Part shown: piece after piece, positions 31,431 through 32,000 of the stretch
How the letters are laid out: every line of letters begins with the position of its first letter
Position numbering within the stretch: position 1 is the first letter of the stretch
Notes under the pieces: generated by a model
The model's database searches: none
What the model was told of the DNA's origin: nothing
Seen by the model: only the letters and a program-made list of their open reading frames with translations
Origin: Moraxella nasovis
Lineage (GTDB): Bacteria > Pseudomonadota > Gammaproteobacteria > Pseudomonadales > Moraxellaceae
Length of the DNA: 32,000 nt
Reading direction: 5' to 3'
NCBI RefSeq assembly: GCF_022701215.1
Contig: NZ_CP089976.1
Coordinates: 1,140,001 to 1,172,000, forward strand
Made by a program: the position numbers and the translations under genes

Positions 31431-32000
31431 ATAGCAGGGCTATAATCTCATCTTTTAGTTTTAATTTTTTGACCATTTGCCATAAATCTTCGGCTTCAGT
31501 ATAGCCTTTGGTCAGCATACCAAGCCACTGTTTATACCGTCCAATGAGTCCTTTTTGGTTGTCAGTATCATCATTTAAAAAGGCGAGTTGATAAGCTATT
31601 AGCTGTTGCCAAGTTAAGGTTTTATCGGCATTATTAATAAGAGCAATCAAATCAGGACGAGTAACCGCCCCACGTCCGAGCATAAGATGGGGTGTGCTGG
31701 CTTGGTTGGCACAACAAGTAGCATCTTTGGCAGTCCAAATCTCACCATTAGCGATGATGGGTAATCCAAGAGTGGTAAAAGGGGCGATTTTATCCCAATA
31801 AGCAGGGGGTTTATAGCCTTGGGTTTTGGTGCGAGCATGAATGGTAAGCCAGCTTGCGTGAGCAGATTTGACCGCTTGCCCAATCTGGGTCATTTTACCC
31901 ATGTCGGTATAGCCCAAGCGAATTTTGGCAGATACAGGCACATCGCTTGGCACAGCTTTTCGCACAGCACTGATGATGGTATAAAGCGTGTCTGGCTCAT
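31429..32000 (-). CDS. dusC: tRNA-dihydrouridine synthase C, C-terminal ~190 aa (N-terminus lies beyond the window end)
   Basis: The frame stays open upstream of the ORF-track GTG (…EPDTLYTIISAVRKAVP…) to the window edge. VSAKIRLG, IHARTKTQGYKPPAYWD, IPIIANGEIW, MLGRGA and RYKQWLGML match E. coli DusC blocks as I recall them. Confidence 0.88.
   Translation of the reverse strand, partial: EPDTLYTIISAVRKAVPSDVPVSAKIRLGYTDMGKMTQIGQAVKSAHASWLTIHARTKTQGYKPPAYWDKIAPFTTLGLPIIANGEIWTAKDATCCANQASTPHLMLGRGAVTRPDLIALINNADKTLTWQQLIAYQLAFLNDDTDNQKGLIGRYKQWLGMLTKGYTEAEDLWQMVKKLKLKDEIIALL

Overview
This window reads as an ordinary chromosomal core segment of a gamma-proteobacterium. Protein sequences and gene order fit Moraxellaceae (Moraxella-like) best, but that assignment is inference. 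The sequence is moderately AT-rich by eye and densely coding. Gene order, with < marking minus-strand genes: infB (3' part)-rbfA-truB | beta-barrel OMP | rpsO | pnp | ligA-EamA transporter | <lipoprotein | rarD | <smpB | nfsA | coaD-yfhL ferredoxin | rnpB (RNase P RNA) | galU-pgi-ugd-like-galE | <M48 protease <DUF898/YjgN | rdgB | tig | clpP-clpX | fadB-fadA | small secreted Ig-like protein | hemerythrin-domain protein | <dusC (5' part outside the window). Most units end in clear hairpin plus T-run terminators. I found no transposase, integrase, phage gene, CRISPR array, tRNA or rRNA, toxin-antitoxin pair or recognisable defence gene. I do not see a convincing new multi-gene system. The points most worth a second look are: (1) a full-length UDP-glucose 6-dehydrogenase homolog in which the NAD fingerprint and the catalytic Cys/Lys/Asn/Asp positions all appear substituted, translationally coupled to pgi (candidate pseudoenzyme); (2) a tightly coupled DUF898/YjgN membrane protein plus M48 metalloprotease bicistron of unknown function; (3) roughly ten-fold over-representation of the heptamer TTGCCAA/TTGGCAA in coding and non-coding DNA, by hand count; (4) a few small orphan envelope genes and unusually long non-coding spacers. 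Homology calls come from reading the translations against remembered family motifs. No database search was run.
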